The translations under genes were made by a program, and so were the position numbers. From an uncultured Planctomycetia bacterium (GTDB taxonomy: Bacteria > Omnitrophota > Gorgyraeia > Duberdicusellales > 4484-171): a stretch of 64,000 nucleotides of DNA. The notes beneath the pieces were generated by a model. That model saw nothing but the letters and a program-made list of their open reading frames with translations, was not told the DNA's origin and did no database searches. Every line of letters begins with the position of its first letter. The first letter of the stretch is position 1. The stretch is from contig CAZAYU010000001.1 in assembly GCA_964489445.1 (NCBI GenBank), positions 274,276 through 338,275 of the forward strand, in the 5' to 3' direction. Positions 48,182 through 57,936 of this stretch are shown here, piece by piece.

Positions 48182-49148
48182 TCTTTAATTTTAAACCATC
48201 ATCATTTGGAAATTCCGCAAGACCTTTTTGGTAATAACTCAGTCCTTCCGATAGATTATTCATTTTCATGCACAGTTCACCTAAATGTTCGTAAATATCC
48301 GGATCTTTAATAAGCATTATTGCTTTTACCAGGTATTCTTTTGCCTGAGCATAATCTCCTTTTTTAAAATAAATCCAACCTAGGCTATCCAGATAAGCTC
48401 CATTACTAGGCTCTTTCTCCAAAGCCTTTTTGACCATTACCTCAGCTTCTTCAAGGTTTACACCTTTTTCCGCATAAACATATCCTAAAGAATTAAGAAC
48501 CGGAGCACACAATGGGTCCTTCACCAAAGCTTGTTGCCAAGAACCAATCGCCTCTTCTTCTCTGCCAGTTTGTTCGTAAAAATATCCTAACCAAAAAAGG
48601 GCCTCAATATATTCAGGATTGCTCTTTAATATTTTTTCGTATATCTCAATAGCCTCCTGGGGTTTCTTTTTATAAAAATAAAACTGTGCCAGATATTCAG
48701 AAACTCCAATATCTTTTGGCTTTAATTCATGCGCCTTCTGAAGAAACTGCTCGTAAGATTGCTCCAGCTTCTGATCATCCTGTGCGTAAGAATAAACAAG
48801 CACTAAGGCTAAGTAAACATCCAAATTGTTTGGATTGTCCGCCCGTGTTTTTTTTAAAACTACCTCAGCCTCTTTAAGTTTGCTGGTTCTAACTAAAACA
48901 GTAGCCTCTTTAAGAGAAACCTGCACCGAATAAGGATCTTTATTCTTGGCTTTTCTTAATTCTCTCAAGGCTAAATCGTAATCTTCCCTCTCCACCGCTA
49001 AAAGTCCTTTTAGATAATGGCTGTACAATTCGGAAGAATTATGATTGCGTGGGAAAGAAGAAGGCAAAAACATAAAAAAAACAAGAAGCCCCATCAATAA
49101 AACATAATGGGGCTTAAAAATCTTCTTCTGCTTTTTCGCAGCTTTCAT
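48141..49148 (-). CDS. TPR-repeat protein, secreted
   Basis: 335 aa. Signal peptide and TPR motifs. Confidence 0.7.
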   Translation of the reverse strand: MKAAKKQKKIFKPHYVLLMGLLVFFMFLPSSFPRNHNSSELYSHYLKGLLAVEREDYDLALRELRKAKNKDPYSVQVSLKEATVLVRTSKLKEAEVVLKKTRADNPNNLDVYLALVLVYSYAQDDQKLEQSYEQFLQKAHELKPKDIGVSEYLAQFYFYKKKPQEAIEIYEKILKSNPEYIEALFWLGYFYEQTGREEEAIGSWQQALVKDPLCAPVLNSLGYVYAEKGVNLEEAEVMVKKALEKEPSNGAYLDSLGWIYFKKGDYAQAKEYLVKAIMLIKDPDIYEHLGELCMKMNNLSEGLSYYQKGLAEFPNDDGLKLKIEEYDKKNSTSKK

Positions 49149-49211
49149 TTCACTATTGCCTTAATAGTAATCATCACAATGCAATAAACAAGATAAACAA
49201 TATGCCAATAC

Positions 49212-49301
49212 TTATTTAGCTTTGTGTCTTTGCTGTTTTCTTCTTTTCTTAAACCAATGTCGCTTAACTTTTTTATCTTTTCTCTTTTTTCCGCACGGCA
49301 T
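49212..49301 (-). CDS. Candidate 29-aa extremely basic small ORF (MPCGKKRKDKKVKRHWFKKRRKQQRHKAK)
   Basis: ATG preceded by AAGAGG (5-nt spacer). Not in the ORF track because it is too short. Confidence 0.2.
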   Translation of the reverse strand: MPCGKKRKDKKVKRHWFKKRRKQQRHKAK

Positions 49302-49341
49302 AAAAACCTCTTTTTCTCTAAAATAATTTAAATATTAATCT

Positions 49342-50217
49342 TTAGTAGATAACTTTATTTAACGGATACTCAATAATGCCTTGCGCACCGTTCTCCTTAA
49401 GCAAAGGCAAAATTCCCCGAACATCTTTCTCGTCAACAATAACCTCGCAAGCAACCCAGTCTTTCACAGACAATGAAGAAATAGTTGGTTTTTTTAATGC
49501 CGGGAGAAGCGATAAAATTCTTTCCACATCTTTATCTTTAACATTCAGTTTTAGTCCTACTTTTCCTCTAGCCTCTAAGGCACTTTTTAAAAGCAAAAGG
49601 ATATTGTTAATCTTTTTCTTTTTCCACTGGTCCTTAAATGAATTTTTATTAGCAATAAACTGAGTAGTTGAAAAACAGACTGTGGCAATTTCCCGCAATC
49701 CGTTAGCTTTTAAGCTTTCTCCGGTTTCGGTAAGCTCTACAATTGCATCAACTAATCCGCTCTTTACTTTAACTTCTGTAGCTCCCCAGCTAAATTCTAC
49801 ATCAACATTTACTTTTTGTTTTTTAAAAAAATTGCGTGTATAACGCAATAGCTCAGTAGCAACTCTTTTCCCTTCTAAATGGCTTATTTTTCTTATCTTT
49901 GAATCTTCCTTTACCGCAATAACCCATCTTACCGGATTAAGAGTCCTTTTAGAGTAAGGAAGCTCAGAAACCCTTATGATGCTTGAATTGTTTTCTAAAA
50001 TCCAGTCTTCTCCGGTAATTCCACAATCCAGCACTCCTTCCTCAACATAACGAGACATCTCCTGTGCACGAATCAAAACAGGTTTAATCTCTACATCATC
50101 AATAGAAGGAAAATAAGAACGATGGCTTAAGCAAATATTAAATCCAGCCATCTGAAAAATCTCTAGAGTTTTTTCCTGTAGGCTTCCTTTTGGTATTCCT
50201 AATTTAATAATTTTCAT
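49342..50217 (-). CDS. hisG: ATP phosphoribosyltransferase, long form
   Basis: 291 aa. HisG catalytic region plus C-terminal regulatory domain. Confidence 0.88.
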   Translation of the reverse strand: MKIIKLGIPKGSLQEKTLEIFQMAGFNICLSHRSYFPSIDDVEIKPVLIRAQEMSRYVEEGVLDCGITGEDWILENNSSIIRVSELPYSKRTLNPVRWVIAVKEDSKIRKISHLEGKRVATELLRYTRNFFKKQKVNVDVEFSWGATEVKVKSGLVDAIVELTETGESLKANGLREIATVCFSTTQFIANKNSFKDQWKKKKINNILLLLKSALEARGKVGLKLNVKDKDVERILSLLPALKKPTISSLSVKDWVACEVIVDEKDVRGILPLLKENGAQGIIEYPLNKVIY

Positions 50218-50357
50218 AATTTTCTTACTTTAACGAATAGAGGGCAAATTATACTCCCCTTAACGATAATTGTAAAGTAAAAAATATTTAATGCTAATAG
50301 TAGCTTCGCCAGCTCTTTTTTCCCTTTTTAATACAATTGCGCCTGATATTTTAAGTA

Positions 50358-50846
50358 CTATCCTTGAACAGGCATTAATTTTCTAACATTTACAATAAAC
50401 TCCTTGATATTCTTATTTTTGACATCAATATTTAAGGCATCTTCTAGGTACCGCAAAGCCAGATCAAGATTGTTCTCTTCGACTGCAATACAAGCTAACA
50501 TAAAGAGCACATCCAATCTTAAAGATGTATGATTAAGATATCTTTCCAAAATTTGTCGTGCTTTTTTGTATTGCCCATTCTCCAAATATAATTGGACTAA
50601 TGCTTTGTAAGAAAAAGAAAAACCGGGGCTTTTTTCAATGGCAATAAGAAAATACTTTTCAGCCAACTCTCTTTCCCCTGTTGCCTTGTAAGTGTTTCCT
50701 AAATTATGATAAGCCACAGGATTGTATTGATTTAGAGCGATTGCCCTGCTGTATATTTTCTCTGCCTCTTTGTAGTCACCTACATCCGCATAAGCCATGC
50801 CTAAATTGTTGATAACTCTATAGCTATTTGGTGCATATTTTAGCAC
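50358..50846 (-). CDS. TPR domain ORF; probably the displaced C-terminal part of the upstream TMTC-like membrane protein
   Basis: 162 aa of TPR repeats. Its start overlaps the end of 50840..52105 by 7 bp in a different frame. Confidence 0.5.
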   Translation of the reverse strand: MLKYAPNSYRVINNLGMAYADVGDYKEAEKIYSRAIALNQYNPVAYHNLGNTYKATGERELAEKYFLIAIEKSPGFSFSYKALVQLYLENGQYKKARQILERYLNHTSLRLDVLFMLACIAVEENNLDLALRYLEDALNIDVKNKNIKEFIVNVRKLMPVQG

Positions 50847-52105
50847 TTGTCGATAAAAACAATAGGATTACGCCAGTCCTCATTCCTGATAATCGTTGTC
50901 GATCCGAGAAACAATAAAAATAAAACAAAAATAAATAAAAAATGTTTCCGAAAACCAGTTTTTTTCACAATGAACATTCCCAGCCAAATTAAAATCAAAA
51001 AAATTCCAATCATCGGAAGATACAACCAATGTTCATAAAGTAAACCGTTGATCGGAACAATAAGATTGGATGTAGGAAACAAGCCAATAAAAAACCAAAG
51101 GATACCAAAACTCAAGATCGGAAATCTCTTCAAACAAATAAAAACTAAAAATATTAGCCCTAAAAAGATTGCTCCTCCTATAACCACTGGCAGAGAAAAA
51201 AAGGAGGTTGCAATTTCTATACTTCGCTCCATATGAAGGTTCATTGGCCAAAAAAGAAGCTTAAAATATACTATTAATATTTTAAAAAAAGTAAATAAAC
51301 GAACAAAAAAGCTAGAAGTGAAAATATTTACTTCGTTGTATAAATTAAAAGTATTTAGGAAATTTAAAACTGTAGCCCGAAGAATAATATAGCCGCCGGT
51401 AAAAATAAAAAATGGCCACACAGACTTCCCTATTGTTTTTATCCTTCTTATCGGTGAAATTTTTGTATCCATAAAAAAGAAATCTACTATTAGAATCAAA
51501 ACAGGCATAATAATAGCAGTTTCTTTAGACATTAAAGCCAAAACGTACATTATCAAAGACAAGCAATAAACAAGCCTTTTCGACGATAATTTTTCTAAAC
51601 TGCGAAATTTTAAATAAAAAATAATTCCTAAGAATATGAAAAATACCGAAAGAGAATCTCCCAAACTATTAACATATGTTACAGCTTCAGTCTGCAACGG
51701 ATGGATAAGAAACAGCAAAGCCGTCCAGAACGACAACCAGACATTCTTAAAAAGATAGATAAGAATAAAAAATAAAAGAATTGCGCAAGCAATATGAAAT
51801 AAAGTATTAACCACGTGATATCCGACCACCCAATCTTTCCAAAGGTGCCACTCTAAAGAAAATACCGAAAGAAGCGCTGGCCGCCAATAATTACTTACTA
51901 GCCCCGCACCAGCAATAAGATTTTCAGAAAAAAATTTTGGAAAATACTTCCAGTCTTTAATGAATTGATTTTTCAGGATAAAGTCATCGTCGTCCCAAAA
52001 CATCTGGTTAGAAAAACTATTAGCATATAAACTTAAGCCGATAGCAACTAACAAAAAAACAAAAAAATAGCGTTTGAATTCTTTTTTTGCTAATATATGT
52101 CTCAT
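50840..52105 (-). CDS. PMT_2/ArnT-like (TMTC-like) polytopic membrane glycosyltransferase domain protein
   Basis: 421 aa, roughly 10 TM. N-terminal loop with a DDDD motif of the kind seen in GT-C mannosyltransferase-like proteins. Confidence 0.5.
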   Translation of the reverse strand: MRHILAKKEFKRYFFVFLLVAIGLSLYANSFSNQMFWDDDDFILKNQFIKDWKYFPKFFSENLIAGAGLVSNYWRPALLSVFSLEWHLWKDWVVGYHVVNTLFHIACAILLFFILIYLFKNVWLSFWTALLFLIHPLQTEAVTYVNSLGDSLSVFFIFLGIIFYLKFRSLEKLSSKRLVYCLSLIMYVLALMSKETAIIMPVLILIVDFFFMDTKISPIRRIKTIGKSVWPFFIFTGGYIILRATVLNFLNTFNLYNEVNIFTSSFFVRLFTFFKILIVYFKLLFWPMNLHMERSIEIATSFFSLPVVIGGAIFLGLIFLVFICLKRFPILSFGILWFFIGLFPTSNLIVPINGLLYEHWLYLPMIGIFLILIWLGMFIVKKTGFRKHFLFIFVLFLLFLGSTTIIRNEDWRNPIVFIDKC

Positions 52106-52148
52106 TAAAATTATTTAAAGCTTCTTAATTGCTAACAATTTTTCGAAG

Positions 52149-53228
52149 CTACCGGGTAATCAATTTTTCCACCATTGGAAAAACTTCTTCGGGGCTTATT
52201 TCTCGTAAACACTTTTTATCATACTTACACCCTTTAAACCTAAATCCTTCATAGCAAGGCTGACAACAAAGATCTTTCTTAATCACAAGGCAATTACTCC
52301 CCTCGGGGTAAACTCCGTAGATTTTTTCATTTTGCGGCCCAAAAAAAACAACTATCTTTCTGTGTAAAGCCTGAGCAATATGAAAAGGACCTCCGTCATT
52401 AGTAAGTATAAGATCACAAAAGGAAACAAGCCCGCAAAATTCTTCTAGATTAATTTTTCCACATAAATCTATCGGCTTTTCTTCCAAATTATCATATAGA
52501 TAGCTACATAAAGAAATTTCAGATTTCGAACCAAAAACAATGATCTTCGCCCCTATTTTTTTTTGTAATAAAGAACATAAAGCTGTAAAATTGGTTCTGG
52601 GCCAGCGTCGAAAGTAAGCAGTATTTCCCCAGCTATCACCAGACCCCGGAGACACGCCCACAAGAAAAGCATCTTTACTTATCCTATGTTTTCTTAATAT
52701 CCCTTCTGCTGCCTTTATTTTTTTACGAGGAATAAACAAATCAAAGCAATACTCTTTAGGATCTATGTCTAAGAACCAAAGCAAGCTTAAGTAATACCGG
52801 GCAACATGTTTATCTTTATATCCTTGAGGTATATCTATTTTATGTGTTAAAAACCTTCCTCTTTTTTTAAAATTAAAACCGATGCGAGTTCTTACACCGG
52901 CAATTTTAAAAAATAAACCATATTGTGCATTCAGAGAAAGATCAAAAATTATATCGAATTTACTTTTCTTTATATCTCTACGAAAAGAAAAAAGCTTCTT
53001 AAAAAACTGAAATTTTGATTTTCGCGCAATTGCTTTCCATTCATCTTTTTCAAACACTAATACTTTATCCAGCAAGGGATTATCCTTTAGCAAAGGATAC
53101 ACCCGGCGATTACAAATATAGGTAATCCTAGCATTCAAAGATTCTTTAAGGTTTTCAATCAGCGGCATACTAAATACTACATCACCAATTCCAAAGGGAT
53201 TAAATACTAGTATATTATTTGTCTTCAT
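52149..53228 (-). CDS. Glycosyltransferase family 9 (ADP-heptose:LPS heptosyltransferase-like)
   Basis: 359 aa. N-terminus ILVFNPFGIGDVVFSMPLI typical of RfaC/RfaF-family GT9. Confidence 0.8.
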   Translation of the reverse strand: MKTNNILVFNPFGIGDVVFSMPLIENLKESLNARITYICNRRVYPLLKDNPLLDKVLVFEKDEWKAIARKSKFQFFKKLFSFRRDIKKSKFDIIFDLSLNAQYGLFFKIAGVRTRIGFNFKKRGRFLTHKIDIPQGYKDKHVARYYLSLLWFLDIDPKEYCFDLFIPRKKIKAAEGILRKHRISKDAFLVGVSPGSGDSWGNTAYFRRWPRTNFTALCSLLQKKIGAKIIVFGSKSEISLCSYLYDNLEEKPIDLCGKINLEEFCGLVSFCDLILTNDGGPFHIAQALHRKIVVFFGPQNEKIYGVYPEGSNCLVIKKDLCCQPCYEGFRFKGCKYDKKCLREISPEEVFPMVEKLITR

Positions 53229-53345
53229 TTTTTTCCTGTTACCAAGGTATTGTCATCCAACATCAACCTAATAATGAAAACGTTTACAATGCAACACATC
53301 TCAAAGCTTGTAAACCAATAATAATACATGTTACAGTTTAATAAG

Positions 53346-53409
53346 GGTTCCTTGTTTTTTAGGAACCAAAGCCACGGGCCCTCTCCTAATTTTTAGGGGA
53401 GGGTTTTTT
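53346..53409. terminator. Pair of hairpins; the second, at 53379..53409, is a plus-oriented intrinsic-terminator-like stem followed by a T6 run
   Basis: ggttcct-tgtttttt-aggaacc, then ccctctcct-aattttt-aggggaggg-tttttt. Confidence 0.35.
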
Positions 53410-53437
53410 ATCTCTAGGCTTATTAGTATGGTAAAGC

Positions 53438-53899
53438 TCATAATTTATTTAATACAAAAACTATTGAGGTGACTATTGTTCCGGCAATAGCTACACCTAT
53501 TAAAATTGCTAAAAACGACTTCTTAACGTTCATATTAAAAAGAGTAGCAGCTACCGTACCTGTCCATGCACCGGTTATCGGCAAAGGAATAGCGACAAAA
53601 GCAATTAGCCCCCAAAAACCCCAACGCGCTACTATTTTTGATTTTTTCTCTACACGTTTGAACCACCATTTTAAAACTTTACCAAAAAACCAAACATTAT
53701 CTAAATGATGAGCAAAATATTTAAAGAACAGCAGCAGTGGTAAAATGGGTATCAAATTGCCCAGGATAGCTAATAAATAGACCTTCCCCAACGAAGATAT
53801 ACCCAACACTTTGCAACCATAAGGTATCGCAAGCCTTAACTCAACAACTGGCGAGGCAGCTAACCCTATAATAATCAACTCTTTATTAAAACAAAACAT
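53438..53899 (-). CDS. Small membrane protein, putative small-multidrug-export family (PF06695-like)
   Basis: 153 aa. Resembles the family's AxPxxELRxAIP ... PLPxTGAWTG pattern. Confidence 0.5.
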   Translation of the reverse strand: MFCFNKELIIIGLAASPVVELRLAIPYGCKVLGISSLGKVYLLAILGNLIPILPLLLFFKYFAHHLDNVWFFGKVLKWWFKRVEKKSKIVARWGFWGLIAFVAIPLPITGAWTGTVAATLFNMNVKKSFLAILIGVAIAGTIVTSIVFVLNKL

Positions 53900-53939
53900 G
53901 TACTAATACAATATTTTAAATTCTTCCTTAATTGTGAAT

Positions 53940-54602
53940 TTATCCTTTTGTCTGAATAACAAATCTTAAGAATCTCAATGTATCTATAAACGGATGTATC
54001 TTGCTGGAAGGATTTCTAAAATAAATACTTTTTATCGGAATGCTTTCTACGGAAAATCCCAGCTTAGCGGCCTTAATAATAATTTCTGACTCTATCTCAA
54101 ACTTATTGCTTTCAATGATAATTTTCTTTAGCACATTCCGTTTTATTAGCCGGTATCCGCATTGAGTATCTGGAATATCCTGCCCGACTATTTTTGAAAT
54201 AAACCAAGACATAAATCTATTAGTAATGAATCTTACCCTCGGCATCTCTAGAGGATTAACCATCCGATTGCCAACAACTAAATCCGACCCGCTTTGCGCT
54301 TTAAGCACAAACTGATCAATATCCAACGGACTATGCTGTCCGTCGCCATCCATAGTAATTACGTAGTCGAAATTATTTTTCTTTAAAAGAAAATCTATAC
54401 CCTTATTTAAGGATTTACCTTTACCTAAATTCTTTTTATTCCTGATAACTAAATCTGCCTGCTTCCGGGCAACTTCATATGTATTATCCGAAGAGCCATC
54501 GTCAACAACAAGAACACGAAATTCTTTTTCTTTCAGCTTTATCAAAATATCGGCCAAGCTTACGTTTTCGTTATATGCAGGAATTATTACCCAGATTTTC
54601 AT
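53940..54602 (-). CDS. Glycosyltransferase family 2 (polyprenyl-phosphate sugar transferase-like)
   Basis: 220 aa. IIPAYNE ... DDGSSD ... DGDGQH motifs. Confidence 0.8.
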   Translation of the reverse strand: MKIWVIIPAYNENVSLADILIKLKEKEFRVLVVDDGSSDNTYEVARKQADLVIRNKKNLGKGKSLNKGIDFLLKKNNFDYVITMDGDGQHSPLDIDQFVLKAQSGSDLVVGNRMVNPLEMPRVRFITNRFMSWFISKIVGQDIPDTQCGYRLIKRNVLKKIIIESNKFEIESEIIIKAAKLGFSVESIPIKSIYFRNPSSKIHPFIDTLRFLRFVIQTKG

Positions 54603-54623
54603 GCTGTTTTTGAACTATTTTTT

Positions 54624-55466
54624 TTAACTTCCCAGCCAATATTTCTGAAACATGTACCATTGACCAGGGTATTTTTTTAAATATTTTTCTAAAACTAAAA
54701 TGTATTGTTTTAGCAAACAAGTCTCGCTGTCATTTTTTTTCTCATCAATATTAATTGGCTTTTCAAAAATTAAACGATAGAAATACTTATTTTCCCGGAT
54801 AAAAAAAGAAGGAATAACTTCTGATCCTAGCTTTAAAGCAAAAAAAGAAGCTCCTCGAGGAATACAAGCTTTACAAGAAAATATTTTCAATTTTATTTCT
54901 GAACCGGAAAAATCTTTATCCCCCAGTAAAGCAATCACTTTTCCCTTTCTTAAAGCAGAAAAACAACCCCTGATGCCTAACCCTGTAGGAATAACTTCCA
55001 TTCCAACCATCCTTCTGCGTCCATCAAAAAATCTGTTTACACGCTTATCTTTGTGCGCTAAAGCAACAGCGGAAAGAGGATAGCCTAACAGAGAAGTTAC
55101 TGCTCCTCCTAACTCATAATTGCCTAAGTGAGCAGTAAGGATAACTACACCTTTACCTTTGGTTAATGCATTATCCAAATGATCCAAACCATCTATTCTC
55201 ACATACTTCTTAACAAAATCCTCATTTAAATAAGGATAGCGAAAAAAATCTACTAGATAATAAGCAAAATTAGTAAAAACCTCCTTCACGCAACGATTAA
55301 GCATGCGTGGATCATCAATAATTGGTAAAAGATTATAGGCAACTGCTTGACGATCTTTTGAGGCAAAAATAAAATACAGGTAGGCAATAATTTTAGCAAG
55401 AACATAACAGGCTTTGCGGGGAAGGATCAAAGACAATGCTGCTCCAGAGATAAAAAAATAATACAT
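54624..55466 (-). CDS. Lipid A biosynthesis late acyltransferase (LpxL/LpxM/HtrB family)
   Basis: 280 aa. N-terminal TM and LPLAT-family layout. Sits in the LPS glycosyltransferase block. Confidence 0.65.
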   Translation of the reverse strand: MYYFFISGAALSLILPRKACYVLAKIIAYLYFIFASKDRQAVAYNLLPIIDDPRMLNRCVKEVFTNFAYYLVDFFRYPYLNEDFVKKYVRIDGLDHLDNALTKGKGVVILTAHLGNYELGGAVTSLLGYPLSAVALAHKDKRVNRFFDGRRRMVGMEVIPTGLGIRGCFSALRKGKVIALLGDKDFSGSEIKLKIFSCKACIPRGASFFALKLGSEVIPSFFIRENKYFYRLIFEKPINIDEKKNDSETCLLKQYILVLEKYLKKYPGQWYMFQKYWLGS

Positions 55467-56581
55467 TAGCTTATCAATTCCAAAACCAAATCCACAATTC
55501 TTAATGAAGAATCGATAATTGAATTTTCTTTTGCTTGTTCCTTCAAATAATACATCGTTTTCTTATTTTCAAATAGTTCATTAATGATATTTTTTATTTC
55601 AAGAATATTATCAGTATTAATTACCGATTGCTTACTAAGAAGATACTCTACATTTCTTTCTTCTTGACCAGGAATAGGATTGCTAACTACTATACACAAC
55701 CCTTTGGCTAAAGCTTCTGAAATGGTTATGCCCCCGCCTTTTGTAATGATTATGTCCGAAAAATCCATAATTTTATAGACATCATCCGTATAACCAAAAA
55801 CAAAAATGGGCTTTTTAAATGTATCCTTATGTTTTATAAACCATTCGTAAAGACTTTTGTTGTTTCCGCAAATTACTATAAGCTGAAAATTATGTTTTAG
55901 TTTGTCTAACCTTCTGGCGATTAACTTCAACGGCCCCATTCCTAATCCCCCACCCATAATTAATAATGAATTTAAATTATTCATAAACCCAAACTCTTCA
56001 GCAATTTCTGTCTTAGGGTAAGTGTTTATAAATTTAACAGAGATAGGTATTCCCAACACTTTGACTTTCTCTTTGGAAACACCTTCTTCAATTAATACAT
56101 CTTTTGCTTCTTTGCAAGCTACAACATATCTATCCACAAGAGGATGAACCCAAAAACGATGAGGATGATAATCAGTTACAATCCCAACTAGCGGGGTTTT
56201 GAGATTATATTTTTGTTTAAAATCAGCTATTAAGCCACAAGGGAACGCTTGTGTAGCTAAAAAACAATCAGGTTTCCCACGCTGAATAAGATTTTTAAGC
56301 TTATCAAAAGCAAACCGATTAATTAGCTGCAAAAGAGGACTTAAAGTTTTTATCACCCTTTTTCGGTCGTAAGCTTTCCCCCATAAATGCGGAAAATGCT
56401 TGATAGTCATCATATACATAAGGTTGATAACTTTCTCACCTAAAGGGTAGAAATACCCTAAACCATTGATATTCATTGTTTCTATCTGCGGATTTCTGTA
56501 TAAAAAAGCCTCTTTTAAATTTTGAGCCGCTTTATTATGACCACCGATTTCAGAAATATGGAAAATAAATACTTTTTTCAT
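55466..56581 (-). CDS. UgtP/MGDG-synthase-family glycosyltransferase (GT28)
   Basis: 371 aa. N-terminus EIGGHNKAAQNLKEAF. TDYHPHRFWVHP ... ITKGGGITISEA ... PGQEERN matches processive diacylglycerol glycosyltransferases. Confidence 0.7.
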   Translation of the reverse strand: MKKVFIFHISEIGGHNKAAQNLKEAFLYRNPQIETMNINGLGYFYPLGEKVINLMYMMTIKHFPHLWGKAYDRKRVIKTLSPLLQLINRFAFDKLKNLIQRGKPDCFLATQAFPCGLIADFKQKYNLKTPLVGIVTDYHPHRFWVHPLVDRYVVACKEAKDVLIEEGVSKEKVKVLGIPISVKFINTYPKTEIAEEFGFMNNLNSLLIMGGGLGMGPLKLIARRLDKLKHNFQLIVICGNNKSLYEWFIKHKDTFKKPIFVFGYTDDVYKIMDFSDIIITKGGGITISEALAKGLCIVVSNPIPGQEERNVEYLLSKQSVINTDNILEIKNIINELFENKKTMYYLKEQAKENSIIDSSLRIVDLVLELIS

Positions 56582-56589
56582 TTAAAAAA

Positions 56590-57936
56590 TTAAATTAGGT
56601 CAATATACTGCTTACCTTCTCGAAACGGATTAAGAGAATGACTTACTTTGAAACGCTTATCATCGGCTAAATTAATAATTCCTTTTCCAGGCTCTTCGAC
56701 TAATTCAACTTGAGGTGAAAATATATCATTCTCGTTCTCTTTTCTCACTATACATATTTTACCATTGTTAAGAGACACTATCGTCCCCCGGGGCCAGACT
56801 CCCATTATTTGGAAAAACTTATCAAACACAGGTGGAAATATTTTTTTGCCCCGTTCATTAAGCATTATCTCATAAATCACCTCTGGTGGGTAATCACTTT
56901 TATAAGATCGCCTTCGAGTAAGCGCATCATAAATATCACAAACCATAATTATTAAGGAAGCAATATGCGGTTTTTTTAAAAGAGAAATTTTCGGATACCC
57001 ACTACAATCGTATCCAATGTGATGCTCAAACGCGACTACAGACGGCAACACCGTTAATGCCTCTGTCTGCTTCATGAGTATTTCCACCCCCAAAACAGTG
57101 TGGCTTTCCATTTCAGAAAACTCGTCAACTTTTAATCTCCCTGGTTTCTGAAGTATATTTCTTTTTATATAAAGTTTACCAATATCATGAAACATCCCCG
57201 CGATGCTTATACTCGTTGAATCTTTACGAGAAAAGCCCAAACGACAAGCAAGATACATAGCCAAGCTGCTTACATTCAAAAGATGTGCAAAAGTGTTAGA
57301 ATCGTGGCCTTTAGTTAATACTAAGTTAAAAAATAACTGGTAATTTCCCATCAGACTTTCCATGATACTGTTTGCAACAAATTTTAAGCTCAAATTATCA
57401 ACCGCGCCTTCATTAAGCAAAATATCTACAGATTGGCCAATTTCATTAAGAGAATTTTCATAATCTGAAGATGAACTAACGGCTTTCTTTGTTATTTGCG
57501 ATCTCTCTCCTTGGAATTTTGGAACTCCTTCTCTAATCCTATCAACACTTATATGTGCGAACTTTTCTCTCAATGATTCTTTGCTGCCTGTAGTTTTTAT
57601 TGTATCGACCGGAATCAACAACAAACTAATAAATTTCGTTAGCTCTTCTTTAGTAACCCCTTTTTGAAAAACAATCTTTTCGATTCCTCTCTTCTTTAAC
57701 TCATCAATACCAGAAGCTACCCTTTTGCTTAAATCAAAAAATATGTGTTTACCACTGGCCAGCTCCTTGCCAAATATTCCAACTGTCAGCTCACTATTTT
57801 CATTCAATACAACTTGCAAATTATTATACGCCTGCTCAACAGAAAGTAAGAACCGAGGGTGCTTAGTTTCATATATCCTAGCTATCTGCCAAGATGACAT
57901 TAGCTCTTTTAAAAATAGTTTAATTAATTCAAACAT
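56590..57936 (-). CDS. HD-GYP domain cyclic-di-GMP phosphodiesterase with N-terminal sensor-like domain
   Basis: 448 aa. HDIGK ... HHIGYDCSGYP. Confidence 0.8.
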   Translation of the reverse strand: MFELIKLFLKELMSSWQIARIYETKHPRFLLSVEQAYNNLQVVLNENSELTVGIFGKELASGKHIFFDLSKRVASGIDELKKRGIEKIVFQKGVTKEELTKFISLLLIPVDTIKTTGSKESLREKFAHISVDRIREGVPKFQGERSQITKKAVSSSSDYENSLNEIGQSVDILLNEGAVDNLSLKFVANSIMESLMGNYQLFFNLVLTKGHDSNTFAHLLNVSSLAMYLACRLGFSRKDSTSISIAGMFHDIGKLYIKRNILQKPGRLKVDEFSEMESHTVLGVEILMKQTEALTVLPSVVAFEHHIGYDCSGYPKISLLKKPHIASLIIMVCDIYDALTRRRSYKSDYPPEVIYEIMLNERGKKIFPPVFDKFFQIMGVWPRGTIVSLNNGKICIVRKENENDIFSPQVELVEEPGKGIINLADDKRFKVSHSLNPFREGKQYIDLI

